Origin: Promethearchaeota archaeon
GTDB taxonomy: Archaea; Asgardarchaeota; Lokiarchaeia; Sigyniarchaeales; SOKP01
Direction: 5' to 3'
Length of the DNA: 64,000 nucleotides
Assembly: GCA_048940445.1 (NCBI GenBank)
Contig: JBHLON010000008.1
Location: 1 to 64,000 of the forward strand
Below the pieces are notes generated by a model that worked only from the letters and a program-made list of their open reading frames with translations, made no database searches and was not told where the DNA came from. Shown piece after piece: positions 1 to 9,548 of this stretch. The position numbers and the translations under genes were made by a program. How positions within the stretch are numbered: the stretch's first letter is position 1; every line of letters starts with the position of its first letter.

Positions 1-258
1 AACTTTTGAGAGACTAGCGATTGTTTTGGGATCAATATTTTCTTTTTCAATATAAACACTTCCTTGAGTAGGTCTTAACAATCCATTCAACATTCTTATT
101 AAAGTAGTTTTTCCTGCACCGTTTTGTCCCATTATTGCTACTAGCTCACCTTTATTGATATTCAAGGACACATTTTTTAAAGCATGAGTACCACTAGGAT
201 AAATATAATCCACATTTTTCATTGTAATTATTGGAAATGATTCTGTAATTCTGCTCAC
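1..258 (-). CDS. ecfA2: ECF/ABC transporter ATP-binding subunit (5' part; runs off the window start)
   Basis: Manual translation: ...MKNVDYIYPSGTHALKNVSLNINKGELVAIMGQNGAGKTTLIRMLNGLLRPTQG, with a Walker A motif; directly follows the other ECF ATPase gene. Confidence 0.85.
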   Translation of the reverse strand, partial: MSRITESFPIITMKNVDYIYPSGTHALKNVSLNINKGELVAIMGQNGAGKTTLIRMLNGLLRPTQGSVYIEKENIDPKTIASLSKV

Positions 259-260
259 CT

Positions 261-1100
261 TTAATTATTATTTCTCAATATTGAAACGGCTTCAGGAATC
301 GAAGTAGGTAAACTAGTTTGAATTAAATTTTCTTTTCTTAAGTGTCTAAATACTGAATAAATGAGGGGCTTATTTATGTTTAATTCTTCAAATTCTTTAC
401 TATTGATGACATCTTTTTTGTTACCATGTGCTAAAATAGTTCCATGTTTCATTAAAATAATTTCATCTACAATTGGAACAATTAAATCCATTCTATGTTC
501 ACTTATTATGATGGTGATCTCTTTTTCCTTTTGTATCTTTTTTAAAAGCATAATTATTTTTTGTGCAAAAAGGGGATCTAAATTTGCAGTAGGTTCATCT
601 AACACTATTATTTTTGGATCTAAGACTAAAATTGAGGCTATTGCGACTCTTTGTTGTTCTCCTCCACTTATCTCAAATGGAGCCTTATCAGCAATTTTAC
701 TAATTTCTGTAAGTTGCATAACATATTTCAGCTTTTCCTTTATAATTTCTTCTTGTATACCTAAATTTTCCATACCAAAAGCAATTTCATGCTCAATATT
801 CATTGCGATCAATTGGTTTTCAGGATTTTGAAATACAATACCAACCTCAGTAGATAAATCAGCGATGGGGGTAATAATTGTGTCTTTTCCTGCCACTTGA
901 ATAGATCCTTTGTAATATCCCGCATAGAACTGAGGAATTAAGCCATTCATACATCTTATTAAAGTTGTTTTTCCCGAACCGGTTTCACCCGCAAGCAATA
1001 TAAATTTATTTCTTTCTATTTTTAAGTCTATATTGTTTAAAGCATATTCTTCATTTCCTTTATAACGGAAAAAAAAATTTTTGAATTTAATTAAACACAT
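261..1100 (-). CDS. ecfA1: ECF/ABC transporter ATP-binding subunit
   Basis: Walker A GETGSGKT, Q-loop VFQNPENQ, signature ISGGEQQR, Walker B IIVLDEP, H-loop SEH. Confidence 0.92.
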   Translation of the reverse strand: MCLIKFKNFFFRYKGNEEYALNNIDLKIERNKFILLAGETGSGKTTLIRCMNGLIPQFYAGYYKGSIQVAGKDTIITPIADLSTEVGIVFQNPENQLIAMNIEHEIAFGMENLGIQEEIIKEKLKYVMQLTEISKIADKAPFEISGGEQQRVAIASILVLDPKIIVLDEPTANLDPLFAQKIIMLLKKIQKEKEITIIISEHRMDLIVPIVDEIILMKHGTILAHGNKKDVINSKEFEELNINKPLIYSVFRHLRKENLIQTSLPTSIPEAVSILRNNN

Positions 1101-1132
1101 AGTGGAAACGCTAGATCTTTTTTTTTGATTTA

Positions 1133-2140
1133 TTAAGAACTTTTGGTCATTAAAACTTTTTTAATTTCAGCAATTACTTTCTGGAGAACGATTTCTTCAT
1201 TATCTTTACAATTTAAAGAAGCTGCTCCATCATGTCCACCACCACTACCACCTTCAATATCATTCAAAATTTTTCCCAGATGTAATCCTGTTTTTAGACA
1301 AACTTCTTTTCTAGCTCTAGTAGTAATAATTGTTCCCTCTTTTTTCTTTGATAATATAATTCCAACATCGAAACCAACAGTTATTAATGCAGTAGCTACA
1401 GAAGCGCTGAAATTACTAACTCGAGATACCCCAATAAGCCAATCTCCGGCTTTTAATAATTCTACTCTTTTTATTCCTTTTATTTTGGCTATTTTTTCCG
1501 AAACATCTACATCTGATTCCATTAAACTTAAGATCTGTTGAAAAGAAATATCATTTCCTAACAAATAAGAAAAATTATGGATTGTTTGATTACTCCCATA
1601 TTTAAAAAATCCTGAATCTGCTATAATAGCACTAGCTAAAAGAATTTTGTAAGGTTGAGGGATTAAGATTTCTTTGATTCGAAATAATTCTAAAACAATT
1701 TCTGCTGTGGATGAGTAGTCTTCAAATATGATGTTTAAAGCCTCTAAATTGGCTTCATATCGTTTATTCAAATTTAAATGATGATCGATAAATATGAAGG
1801 GTGTGGATATGCCAAATTTTTCGTAATTTTCTATCTGATCGAGATTATTGGTATCGATCATAAGTATGACATCATAATTATGAGTGCTAAGCTTTTTAAG
1901 GTAAGTTAACTCAAAATTAGGAATTTGGTCTTTAAAATTATTTATAAAATCTTTTGTAAATTTTGAGAGTTCAGAAAAATACAAAGAAATTTTTTGAGAC
2001 TTCATAAAAAAATTATCTAGTAGAAACTTTAATGAAATTGAACTAATAAATCCATCTAAATCTGTTGGATGATGAGTAATAATTAATAAATTCTTCCCTT
2101 TCAGATAGGCTAAGAAGGACTCAATCCTCGATATAAGCAT
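1133..2140 (-). CDS. DHH/DHHA1 family phosphoesterase (NrnA-like)
   Basis: Motifs HHPTDLDG, IDT, IDHH, SSTAEI and GGGHDGAAS. Confidence 0.9.
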   Translation of the reverse strand: MLISRIESFLAYLKGKNLLIITHHPTDLDGFISSISLKFLLDNFFMKSQKISLYFSELSKFTKDFINNFKDQIPNFELTYLKKLSTHNYDVILMIDTNNLDQIENYEKFGISTPFIFIDHHLNLNKRYEANLEALNIIFEDYSSTAEIVLELFRIKEILIPQPYKILLASAIIADSGFFKYGSNQTIHNFSYLLGNDISFQQILSLMESDVDVSEKIAKIKGIKRVELLKAGDWLIGVSRVSNFSASVATALITVGFDVGIILSKKKEGTIITTRARKEVCLKTGLHLGKILNDIEGGSGGGHDGAASLNCKDNEEIVLQKVIAEIKKVLMTKSS

Positions 2141-2155
2141 TACTTTTACAAAGTC

Positions 2156-2512
2156 TTATTTATTTTTTAAATCTGCTTGGAGAGACTTTTGTAAACTTTC
2201 TAAACTTGTTTTTGTCCTATCTAGCTTTTGTTGCAGAGTTTTTAGTCGCATTTCAAGTGTGACTTTCAAACTTCTTTTATCATCAAGTAATTTGTCTCTC
2301 GTACTTCTTACCATTACCCCGCCAATATTTTTATAAACAACAGTTTCGGATGTTGCTTCATTTAAACTTTCGATTGCCAATTCTGTTTCTCTTAATGATG
2401 TCTCTATCTGAATTTTTTGTTGAGTAAGAAACTCTAAGCTTTGACTTAGGGCCGATAAATTTTGAATTTTTTTCTTAGTCTCTTCATCTAATTGATCATA
2501 ATTTATTGTCAT
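2156..2512 (-). CDS. pfdB: Prefoldin beta subunit
   Basis: Coiled coil - VYKNIGGVMV hairpin - coiled coil; exosome superoperon context. Confidence 0.93.
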   Translation of the reverse strand: MTINYDQLDEETKKKIQNLSALSQSLEFLTQQKIQIETSLRETELAIESLNEATSETVVYKNIGGVMVRSTRDKLLDDKRSLKVTLEMRLKTLQQKLDRTKTSLESLQKSLQADLKNK

Positions 2513-2588
2513 TTAATCTAACCAATTCTATTTTTTAGTTTTTAAAATATAGTACCTAATATGAAATTTACGAAATATTAATTATTTA

Positions 2589-2858
2589 TTAAGAACCATC
2601 AAGTACTTTTAACGTGTTATCGATAATTTTACCAAATCCTATGATTTCATTGATTGTTGCTCTAAAAGCGGTAATATCTTTACTCTCTATCTTAAACATA
2701 ATAGTAGTTTCTTTCTTTTCCATTGATAATTTTGATCTCTTTGATCTTCTTTCATTTAATTCCGGCAAGAAAGAGTTATAGGAAATTTCACATAAATCAG
2801 AATCTTTAAAACTGAATTCTATTATTGTATTTATAGCGAAATAATTATTTTTGCTCAT
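2589..2858 (-). CDS. pcc1: KEOPS complex subunit Pcc1
   Basis: 89 aa, PE...RS...IESKDITAFRATINE motif; lies between pfdB and rpl37ae. Confidence 0.88.
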   Translation of the reverse strand: MSKNNYFAINTIIEFSFKDSDLCEISYNSFLPELNERRSKRSKLSMEKKETTIMFKIESKDITAFRATINEIIGFGKIIDNTLKVLDGS

Positions 2859-3148
2859 TACTCCTCGGTTACTTCTAATTCTCTCTGTTTTCTTTTTGCT
2901 ATCCTAAAAGATTCAGAACCTCTAGGTGTTGCCATAAAGTATGCTCCACCTGTAAATCGAGCCTCACATTTTTTGCAATACCAAATTCCAGTAGAAATTC
3001 TTCGTACAGACCCTCTAGTTTCGCATCTTGGACATTTAAGTTTCTTATTGTTTTGTTGTTCCATAATCAATTTCCACTTCTTTCGTACATTAGAACCGTA
3101 ACGAGCTCCAAAAATAGCAGATACACCAGTTTTTTTAGTTTTTCCCAT
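2858..3148 (-). CDS. rpl37ae: 50S ribosomal protein L37Ae (eL43)
   Basis: FGARYG, CPRC...GIWYCKKC...FTGGAY; ATG at 3148 preferred over GTG at 3157. Confidence 0.96.
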   Translation of the reverse strand: MGKTKKTGVSAIFGARYGSNVRKKWKLIMEQQNNKKLKCPRCETRGSVRRISTGIWYCKKCEARFTGGAYFMATPRGSESFRIAKRKQRELEVTEE

Positions 3149-3323
3149 CTTTACCACAGTAAAAATTTAAATCCAGTGTTTGTATAAAAAATTCTATTAA
3201 CTATAAATTTTTCTAGATTTTCGTATATTTTAAAGCAATTTTTTATATTACTTCATGGCGTTAATTATCATAAATTGTTTTAACTAATGAAATATTTAAG
3301 AATTTAGTTTATTATGCTTTAAA

Positions 3324-3509
3324 ATGTCTATTATGAATGATAAGAGGCTTTTGTTCGTTGAGTTATCAGATTTCTCACCAGTTGATCTTGAGATTATTGG
3401 TAATAAAGCTATTTTAGTCCAATCTTTTGGAAGTTTTGAATTGGACGGAATCTCAAATGGATATTGTTCAATTGAGACTCTAAGCAGAATTAAAAATGAT
3501 GAATTATAG
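3324..3509 (+). CDS. Small hypothetical protein (61 aa)
   Basis: ATG-started ORF filling the gap between rpl37ae and rrp42, on the opposite strand; no motif recognised. Confidence 0.3.
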   Translation: MSIMNDKRLLFVELSDFSPVDLEIIGNKAILVQSFGSFELDGISNGYCSIETLSRIKNDEL

Positions 3510-3538
3510 AAATCTTAAAATAGAAAAAATAGAAAAAA

Positions 3539-4366
3539 TTAATCAATATTTACTTTATATTGCCAGAGATTTAGGCTTTCACGGATTTTTTTACCTAATT
3601 CTAAAGATTTTTTACTCAACATTCGTATTTCTTCAACTGAAAACGTAGCAGGTCCACTTTTTTGAATAGATGTAATCTTATCTTTGGTGACTGTAATTGA
3701 TATTCTTCCATCACATATTAGTTCCTCAGGTAAATTTGGATCTAAAAATACAATATCATCAATTTTTCCAAAGGTTAAGACAATCGGAAGTTCTTTTACA
3801 ATTGTTCCTCCATTAAGATATTCACCCGTCCACTCCACATGATCATCAACCCATTTTCCTTCTGGAATATGACTTGAAATTAAAGTTGTCAATGCACTTA
3901 CTCCACCTGCATCGATTAGATTTCCCGAATAGTTTATAACATACAAATCAACAAACAGAATATATACCGCTTCATTCTCTTTTATACATAATTTTTTTGT
4001 TTGAATACAATCAGCATGTCTTATCCCTCTATCGACTACTCGAGCTAGTTCTATAGATTGTTCATCAGGAGGTCCTCTTTCGAATAATGGTGATGCTAAC
4101 GGTAATAATTCTGCCATAATTGTACATACTCCTTCATTTGGAGTATCTGGAAATGGGTCTCCAATTTCATATTTTAATCCCGTTATTATTCTAGTATCTC
4201 CAAGACATACGTCAGCAGAACCTTCCGCAGAACCAATAAAATCATGCTTTATTTTCCATTCTCGATAATCCCATAAACCTCTTCCATCAATTCTCTGTTC
4301 ATTTTTCAAATTATTTACGATATAATTTCTTTCAATAGTAGAAATTACCCTCCTTACATTCATCAT
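3539..4366 (-). CDS. rrp42: Exosome complex subunit Rrp42
   Basis: RIDGR, AEGSA, PFPDTPNEG, FERGPPDE..IELARVVDRGIR; RNase PH fold. Confidence 0.96.
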   Translation of the reverse strand: MMNVRRVISTIERNYIVNNLKNEQRIDGRGLWDYREWKIKHDFIGSAEGSADVCLGDTRIITGLKYEIGDPFPDTPNEGVCTIMAELLPLASPLFERGPPDEQSIELARVVDRGIRHADCIQTKKLCIKENEAVYILFVDLYVINYSGNLIDAGGVSALTTLISSHIPEGKWVDDHVEWTGEYLNGGTIVKELPIVLTFGKIDDIVFLDPNLPEELICDGRISITVTKDKITSIQKSGPATFSVEEIRMLSKKSLELGKKIRESLNLWQYKVNID

Positions 4367-5130
4367 TTTTTTTCTTCTCCTCTACTGTATTCTTCTTGAA
4401 TAGTAACGTATTTACTTTTTAGAGTGGTTATTTGTATTTCATAGATCTTTTTTAATGCATCCATTGTTAGATTAAGGAAACTATCTAATTCATCTAAGTC
4501 CATATCTCCATCAAATTGTAATAATGAGATTTCCTCATTAAACCAAGTTATAGCACATGGTAAATCTGCTTCACCAGCTTTATCTTCGACTCCAGATAAA
4601 TCAACTACTAGTTTCCCGTCTATTTTCCCTACTGCTACAGAACTTACCAGACTTTTCATTGGAATTCCTGCATCTGCTAAAGCAAGCGCAGCAACTGTAG
4701 TACTAGCGCACCTTGTTCCACCATCAGCATCCATAACATCAATAAATACCTCAAAGGCAGTACCTGGATAAAGTTCAAGAAACAAAACTGGTTCTAAACA
4801 TTCGGTAATAATCATAGATATTTCTTTTTCTCGCCTACCAGGAGCAGGACGTTTTCTTTCAAACACAGAAAAAGTGGCCATTCTATAAAATACTCTTAGG
4901 ATTCCCCTATCTGGTTTAGCTAAATGATGAGGGTGCACTTCTCTAGGACCATATACTGCAGCAAAGATTTTATTATTTCCCCACTCTAAATAAGCTGATC
5001 CGTCAGCATTACTAATTACTCCAATTTCCATTTTGATTGGCCTTAACTCATCAATATCTCGTCCATCTAATCTTTTTCCATCTTCTCGAAATAGTTTTTC
5101 TGGATACTCATCTTTTATTAATAAAGTCAT
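4363..5130 (-). CDS. rrp41: Exosome complex exonuclease Rrp41
   Basis: RLDGR..ELRP, ADGSAYLEWG, VYGPRE, ADGGTR, DL...ED..GEAD. Confidence 0.97.
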   Translation of the reverse strand: MTLLIKDEYPEKLFREDGKRLDGRDIDELRPIKMEIGVISNADGSAYLEWGNNKIFAAVYGPREVHPHHLAKPDRGILRVFYRMATFSVFERKRPAPGRREKEISMIITECLEPVLFLELYPGTAFEVFIDVMDADGGTRCASTTVAALALADAGIPMKSLVSSVAVGKIDGKLVVDLSGVEDKAGEADLPCAITWFNEEISLLQFDGDMDLDELDSFLNLTMDALKKIYEIQITTLKSKYVTIQEEYSRGEEKK

Positions 5131-5907
5131 TTACTTTATACCTCTCTTTTTTTTTTCATTCTCAACAAATTCTGACATTCTATCAGTTAAGCCCACTGTG
5201 TGAGCTTCCTTTTCAATTTTCCTTATTGAATCAATTAACAGTTTCTCATGAGCAATATCTTCTCCTTTCAACCAAATGCGCCCATTTTGAGTCACAAAAA
5301 TATTACATTTAGTTAAATTCTTTAATAGCTTAATCATTGAACCATCTCGTCCTATTACACGTGGAATTTTTGGGGGATCTATTGAAATAACAATTCCGTT
5401 CGATTTTTTCCCTAGATATTTCCCCACCGTGGTTAATTCAGGTTTATTTAATCGGTCAGCAGAAATAACTTTTGCAACTAAAACATCTCCAATCGAATAC
5501 ATCTCTGTTGAATCATCTCCTGTGTCTCCTCCACCTCCACCTCTAAATTTTATTTTACTCCTTTTAAAAGTATTTTTTGGCTTTAAAAGTGCAAAATCCC
5601 TTGCATTGATGTCACATTTATATTTTACTGGATTTTTATCTACAACTACTGCTAATACCTTATCTCCTGGTCGAGGAGTGTAAAAACCTCTAAGAGGAAT
5701 AACGTTTATATAATTTTTCTGAATATTTTTTAAACCAATGTTTAAGGAAATAATTTTATTTTTCTCCTCATTTAAAATTGTGCCTCGTCCTGGAAGGAAA
5801 TGATCAACATCGTCAGTTAAAACTTCTCCCGGTACAACTAGATCTCTAGAGGGTTCCGAATCTTCAAAATCATCGAATTCTTTAGAATCAAATTCCTCAT
5901 TTTCCAT
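5131..5907 (-). CDS. rrp4: Exosome RNA-binding subunit Rrp4 (S1 + KH)
   Basis: VVPGE, YTPRPGDKV (S1), KIPRVIGRDGSMI (KH), QNGRIW, EAHTVGLTD. Confidence 0.95.
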   Translation of the reverse strand: MENEEFDSKEFDDFEDSEPSRDLVVPGEVLTDDVDHFLPGRGTILNEEKNKIISLNIGLKNIQKNYINVIPLRGFYTPRPGDKVLAVVVDKNPVKYKCDINARDFALLKPKNTFKRSKIKFRGGGGGDTGDDSTEMYSIGDVLVAKVISADRLNKPELTTVGKYLGKKSNGIVISIDPPKIPRVIGRDGSMIKLLKNLTKCNIFVTQNGRIWLKGEDIAHEKLLIDSIRKIEKEAHTVGLTDRMSEFVENEKKKRGIK

Positions 5908-5992
5908 ATTTAGTATCACTTACGTTTTTTTCAAATATTGAACCTAATCAATAAAAAAATAACATTAACAAAAATTAATTAAAAAATTTTAA

Positions 5993-6784
5993 TTAGGACT
6001 TCAACAATTTCGTTTGAACTCTTCCATGGGTTAACTTATTCAACTTATCAATTAGTTCCATTTGTAGTCCCGCTGGTAAGTTAACAATTGAGACCCAAGA
6101 GCCATCTGATTGCCATTCTTCTTTCTTAATATGAGCTAATTGAGCAACAATATTATAACCTTTAGCCGTAAATGCTGAAGGAATCTTTATTGCCATTTCT
6201 ACTTGTTCCATTCTAATAGGAATTATAGCTCTAATACTCTTAACAACATCATCAACTTGTTCTTCAGCACTTCTCATCAAATCAATTTTTACCTTCGCTT
6301 CCTCAATTGCTTTTTCAATTCTTTGATATGGATGAGGTTTATTATTTTGAGGATTAATCGCATTTTTAGTTATTATAGTTATGATCTGTTTCAATTTCTT
6401 ATCTCTTTCTTCTTCTCTTTGGGTTTTTGTCCAATTAATATCCCCTTCTAATAAAATATGACAGGCAATTAATCTTCCATCTGTAGTGTTAAAAATAGCT
6501 TCCATATCACCATCAGTAGCCTTCTTACCGCGACGTAAATCCTCGAATACTATAAAACTTTCAAAAATTAAGTCTACAGAAATTTTTGGATGATTTAGGA
6601 TTTCTTTAACAGTAAGTCGAGACTTTTCACTCCCTTCCTTAAAACGCTTATTAATTTCATCCCGAATAACTTTTTTTGCTTCCCAAGCTCTTTCGGGATC
6701 TAATAACATTTCAAATACTCTTCCTTCTTTCTCAATACGTCCAACAATGAAATCTCCTAAATCAATTCTAGCTCTATCGATCAT
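5993..6784 (-). CDS. sdo1: Ribosome maturation factor SBDS/Sdo1
   Basis: INPQNNKPHP..RIEKAIEEA, IPIRME, EEWQSDGSW; superoperon context. Confidence 0.95.
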   Translation of the reverse strand: MIDRARIDLGDFIVGRIEKEGRVFEMLLDPERAWEAKKVIRDEINKRFKEGSEKSRLTVKEILNHPKISVDLIFESFIVFEDLRRGKKATDGDMEAIFNTTDGRLIACHILLEGDINWTKTQREEERDKKLKQIITIITKNAINPQNNKPHPYQRIEKAIEEAKVKIDLMRSAEEQVDDVVKSIRAIIPIRMEQVEMAIKIPSAFTAKGYNIVAQLAHIKKEEWQSDGSWVSIVNLPAGLQMELIDKLNKLTHGRVQTKLLKS

Positions 6785-6876
6785 AATGTAAAGAACCTCT
6801 TCCCTATATTGAGAAATTTAGTTTTATTCGGTTTGTCTTTTCAATCTTTTTAACTTTGATGGTCAACCTTGAATTT

Positions 6877-7602
6877 CTAGGAAGTTACCAGTTTATTTAA
6901 CAATTCTTCCTTTTCTTTTAAATCTAACAATCTAAATGATACGTCGTCTTTTAAAATGAAGGCAACGTCACACGTATTTTTATTTAGATTATCTCCCATT
7001 ACTTCCTTTAACGTCCTCAAAGGAAGAAGCTTAAGTTCTTCTTCAGTGATATCTTCTTTATAATGCTCTTCAAGATAAGCTCGTGCTTCAGATGCACCCG
7101 AGCCTATTGCAAAGGCTTTGTAGCCCCATGAAGCACCACTGGGATCAGTTAAATATAGGACAGCATTACCATCGGGATCAATTCCACCAATAAGTAGACT
7201 TACACCAAAAGGTCTAACTCCCGCATTTTGGGTAAATAATTGCAAATATTCACAAATGTTTAAGGTTGAGTCTTTCACAGAAATCTTTTCATCATAATTC
7301 AAAAGGTTAACCTGAGCTTGGACACGCGCCCTATCAACTAAAACACGCGCATCTGCTGTAAGTCCAGCAATCGCCACTCCAATATGGTCATCAATCTTAA
7401 AAATTTTCTCTGAACCAATAACTTCTTGCAGCTCAGAGCTCTTTTTTTCGACGGCAAATACAACAGATTGCTTATTTCTACAACAAATAGCCGTCGTACC
7501 TCTTCGCACAGCCTCAATGGCGTATTCCACCTGAAATAGACGACCTTCTGGCGAAAATTGAGTTATAGCCATGTCATAACCTCTTCCTGCTTGCTGGAAC
7601 AT
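6877..7602 (-). CDS. psmA: Proteasome alpha subunit
   Basis: GYDMAITQFSPEGRLFQVEYA signature, RPFGVSLL, TDPSG. Confidence 0.97.
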   Translation of the reverse strand: MFQQAGRGYDMAITQFSPEGRLFQVEYAIEAVRRGTTAICCRNKQSVVFAVEKKSSELQEVIGSEKIFKIDDHIGVAIAGLTADARVLVDRARVQAQVNLLNYDEKISVKDSTLNICEYLQLFTQNAGVRPFGVSLLIGGIDPDGNAVLYLTDPSGASWGYKAFAIGSGASEARAYLEEHYKEDITEEELKLLPLRTLKEVMGDNLNKNTCDVAFILKDDVSFRLLDLKEKEELLNKLVTS

Positions 7603-7911
7603 AATAAACTCCTTTTAATTTTTTAATTTTATTTATTTACATTATTTTTTACTGATTAAATTGAATTAATAAATAATTCAATTTATATTTTTTTTTAATG
7701 TTTTAAAAATAAGACATTAGTTATTCAAATCTCGTTGATTTCAAGTAAGTATATAAAAATCTTGTAGATGTAACATTTAATCATTTTTCTTATGTGATAA
7801 AAGTAAGGCTTTTTTGATATATAATTTCGTAATATCGAATAATATCTGCACCCAACAAGGAGTTGCATAAGTACATACAATTTTAATTGGATTTATACAG
7901 ATGAAGTATAG

Positions 7912-8283
7912 TTAAGACCATGCAACCTTATTAATAAATATTGACCATTCTAATAATATCAACCCTTCGTCTCTCGTATGAGCAACGAGATAATCCCCTT
8001 CCTTTGTGATTGACCCGACAATATTTCCTTTTCCTTGACTGATATTTTTCGCTGCTAATTGAATATCATCATTTTTTAAGATTGCAAATCTAGAATTCTT
8101 AAACATAAGAGCAGGCTTTTTTTCTTTCCAAGCATTAAGAATTTCTTTAGCTTCCTCATCTGATAAAGTAAAATTTTCAGATTTGAAAAGTAGTTCACCA
8201 TTACTATTTAGTAAAAAAATCTCTTCAGTTCCCTCATATTCTCTCAAGGCTTCAGCTAACTCAAAAAATCTTTGCTCTTCCAT
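7912..8283 (-). CDS. Profilin-like protein (Asgard type)
   Basis: About 123 aa from ATG 8283. The pattern IFLLNSNGELLFKSENF...WKEKKPALMFKNSRFAILKND..LAAKNISQGKGNIVG resembles Asgard profilins. Confidence 0.75.
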   Translation of the reverse strand: MEEQRFFELAEALREYEGTEEIFLLNSNGELLFKSENFTLSDEEAKEILNAWKEKKPALMFKNSRFAILKNDDIQLAAKNISQGKGNIVGSITKEGDYLVAHTRDEGLILLEWSIFINKVAWS

Positions 8284-8434
8284 ATCTCTTATCAAATTTA
8301 TATTTATTTTTATAGTGTATTCTAACATAAATTATTTAAATTTAAATCTTCTTAGAACTAAAAATTGTAAATTATTTTACTTCGAATGTACTATTCTAAT
8401 TAACTCAATATGATCTAAGATTTCATTTTTATTC

Positions 8435-9223
8435 ATGTCGAAAAAACTAGTTCTTATAGATAAGATGGATAACCTCGCATCAAAATTAAAAATGCAAATT
8501 TTGTTTTCTAAATATCTAAAATACTTAAATAAAAAAGTAAAAGGTTTTCCAGATACAAAAGTAAGTATAAAAAAGTTAAGAACCTTTGATAAGAGATTTG
8601 AAATTGAAATTTCTGGTCCTGAGGAAATCTTTGTATATAATTTATTAAGAAAAGAATTTGGAACGATTCAGCTTTTTGAAAATGTGTCTGAAGGAGATGT
8701 TTATAAAGCTTTAATGGTAGATGTAGGAAAGGTTGGGTTTGGAATCTTTGTTGATTGTGGTGTACTAAATCCTAAAACTGATGTATTAATAACATTACAT
8801 AACATCAGAAATCAACTCTGTAACAAAAAAAAGGTTTCTTTATCGGAGGTTATTAAAAAATATGACTTTATAAATAATTTCCCAATTTATATTAAAATTG
8901 AAAAGGTTGATAATGAGAAGTTTCAAATTGAGGGAAAACTGGCAGATGTTACAATTGATTTCTATGAGAAAATAATAAAGGAGAGTATCGATGGTCTATT
9001 TGTTAGTGGAAAGACAAAAGAAAGAATAAAAAACGTACTTATTAAAACAGATCATATAAGAGATATAATATCAATAGAGAGTTATGGGTTTTTAGAAATA
9101 ATTGTCTTGCTAAAAAAAGGAACTGATGCTGCGGGGATAATAGCCGAAATAGGAAAATATTTGAAGAATTGTAAGATGAGCGCTATTAAAGCTGAAAGAA
9201 TAAAGAGTTTGTTCTATAATTAG
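8435..9223 (+). CDS. DUF2110-like archaeal protein with S1-like domain
   Basis: GPEE..VYNLLRKEFG, VDVGKVGFGIFVD, GTDAAGIIAEIG. Confidence 0.75.
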   Translation: MSKKLVLIDKMDNLASKLKMQILFSKYLKYLNKKVKGFPDTKVSIKKLRTFDKRFEIEISGPEEIFVYNLLRKEFGTIQLFENVSEGDVYKALMVDVGKVGFGIFVDCGVLNPKTDVLITLHNIRNQLCNKKKVSLSEVIKKYDFINNFPIYIKIEKVDNEKFQIEGKLADVTIDFYEKIIKESIDGLFVSGKTKERIKNVLIKTDHIRDIISIESYGFLEIIVLLKKGTDAAGIIAEIGKYLKNCKMSAIKAERIKSLFYN

Positions 9224-9296
9224 TGGGCTCGGGGAGGATTGAACTCCCGACCTTCGCGGTGTAAGCGCGACGTCATAACCACTAGACCACGGGCCC
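9224..9296 (-). tRNA. tRNA-Val(TAC), no intron
   Basis: Cloverleaf: GGGCCCG acceptor, anticodon arm TCGCG-CT TAC AC-CGCGA, T arm GGGAG-TTCAATC-CTCCC; CCA not encoded. Confidence 0.95.
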
Positions 9297-9314
9297 TTAT
9301 ATTTGCATTATAGA

Positions 9315-9417
9315 CGCTCAGGGTGGGATTCGAACCCACGAGTCCTTTGGACACCGGTTTAGCAGACCGGCGCTTTAGGCACGTTTTATACGCTCTACCA
9401 AGCTAAGCGACCTGAGC
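9315..9417 (-). tRNA. tRNA-Ser(GCT) with a 20-nt D-loop intron (about 9375-9394)
   Basis: Acceptor GCTCAGG/CCTGAGC, anticodon arm CCGGT-CT GCT AA-ACCGG, long variable arm GTCC-AAA-GGAC; extra 20 nt between D loop and D-stem 3' strand. Confidence 0.92.
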
Positions 9418-9548
9418 GTAATTTTCCTAATAGCAAATTTATCTATATTTTCTATATAAAAATCCAAAATTTTAATATTTTTTTATTAAAATAGAGTGAT
9501 TTACAGCATTAAAACCCAATAAATAAAAAAATGAAAATTTGATAGTTT

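Noticed and set aside
361-1541. Antisense ORFs 361-831 and 1143-1541, and the many similar shadow ORFs elsewhere in the track
   Set aside because: They overlap well-identified genes on the other strand and have no motifs
3255-3323. In-frame upstream ATG with AACTAA/TTAGTT hairpin as another possible mRNA intron
   Set aside because: No 4-bp central helix with 3-nt bulges, and no recognisable spliced product
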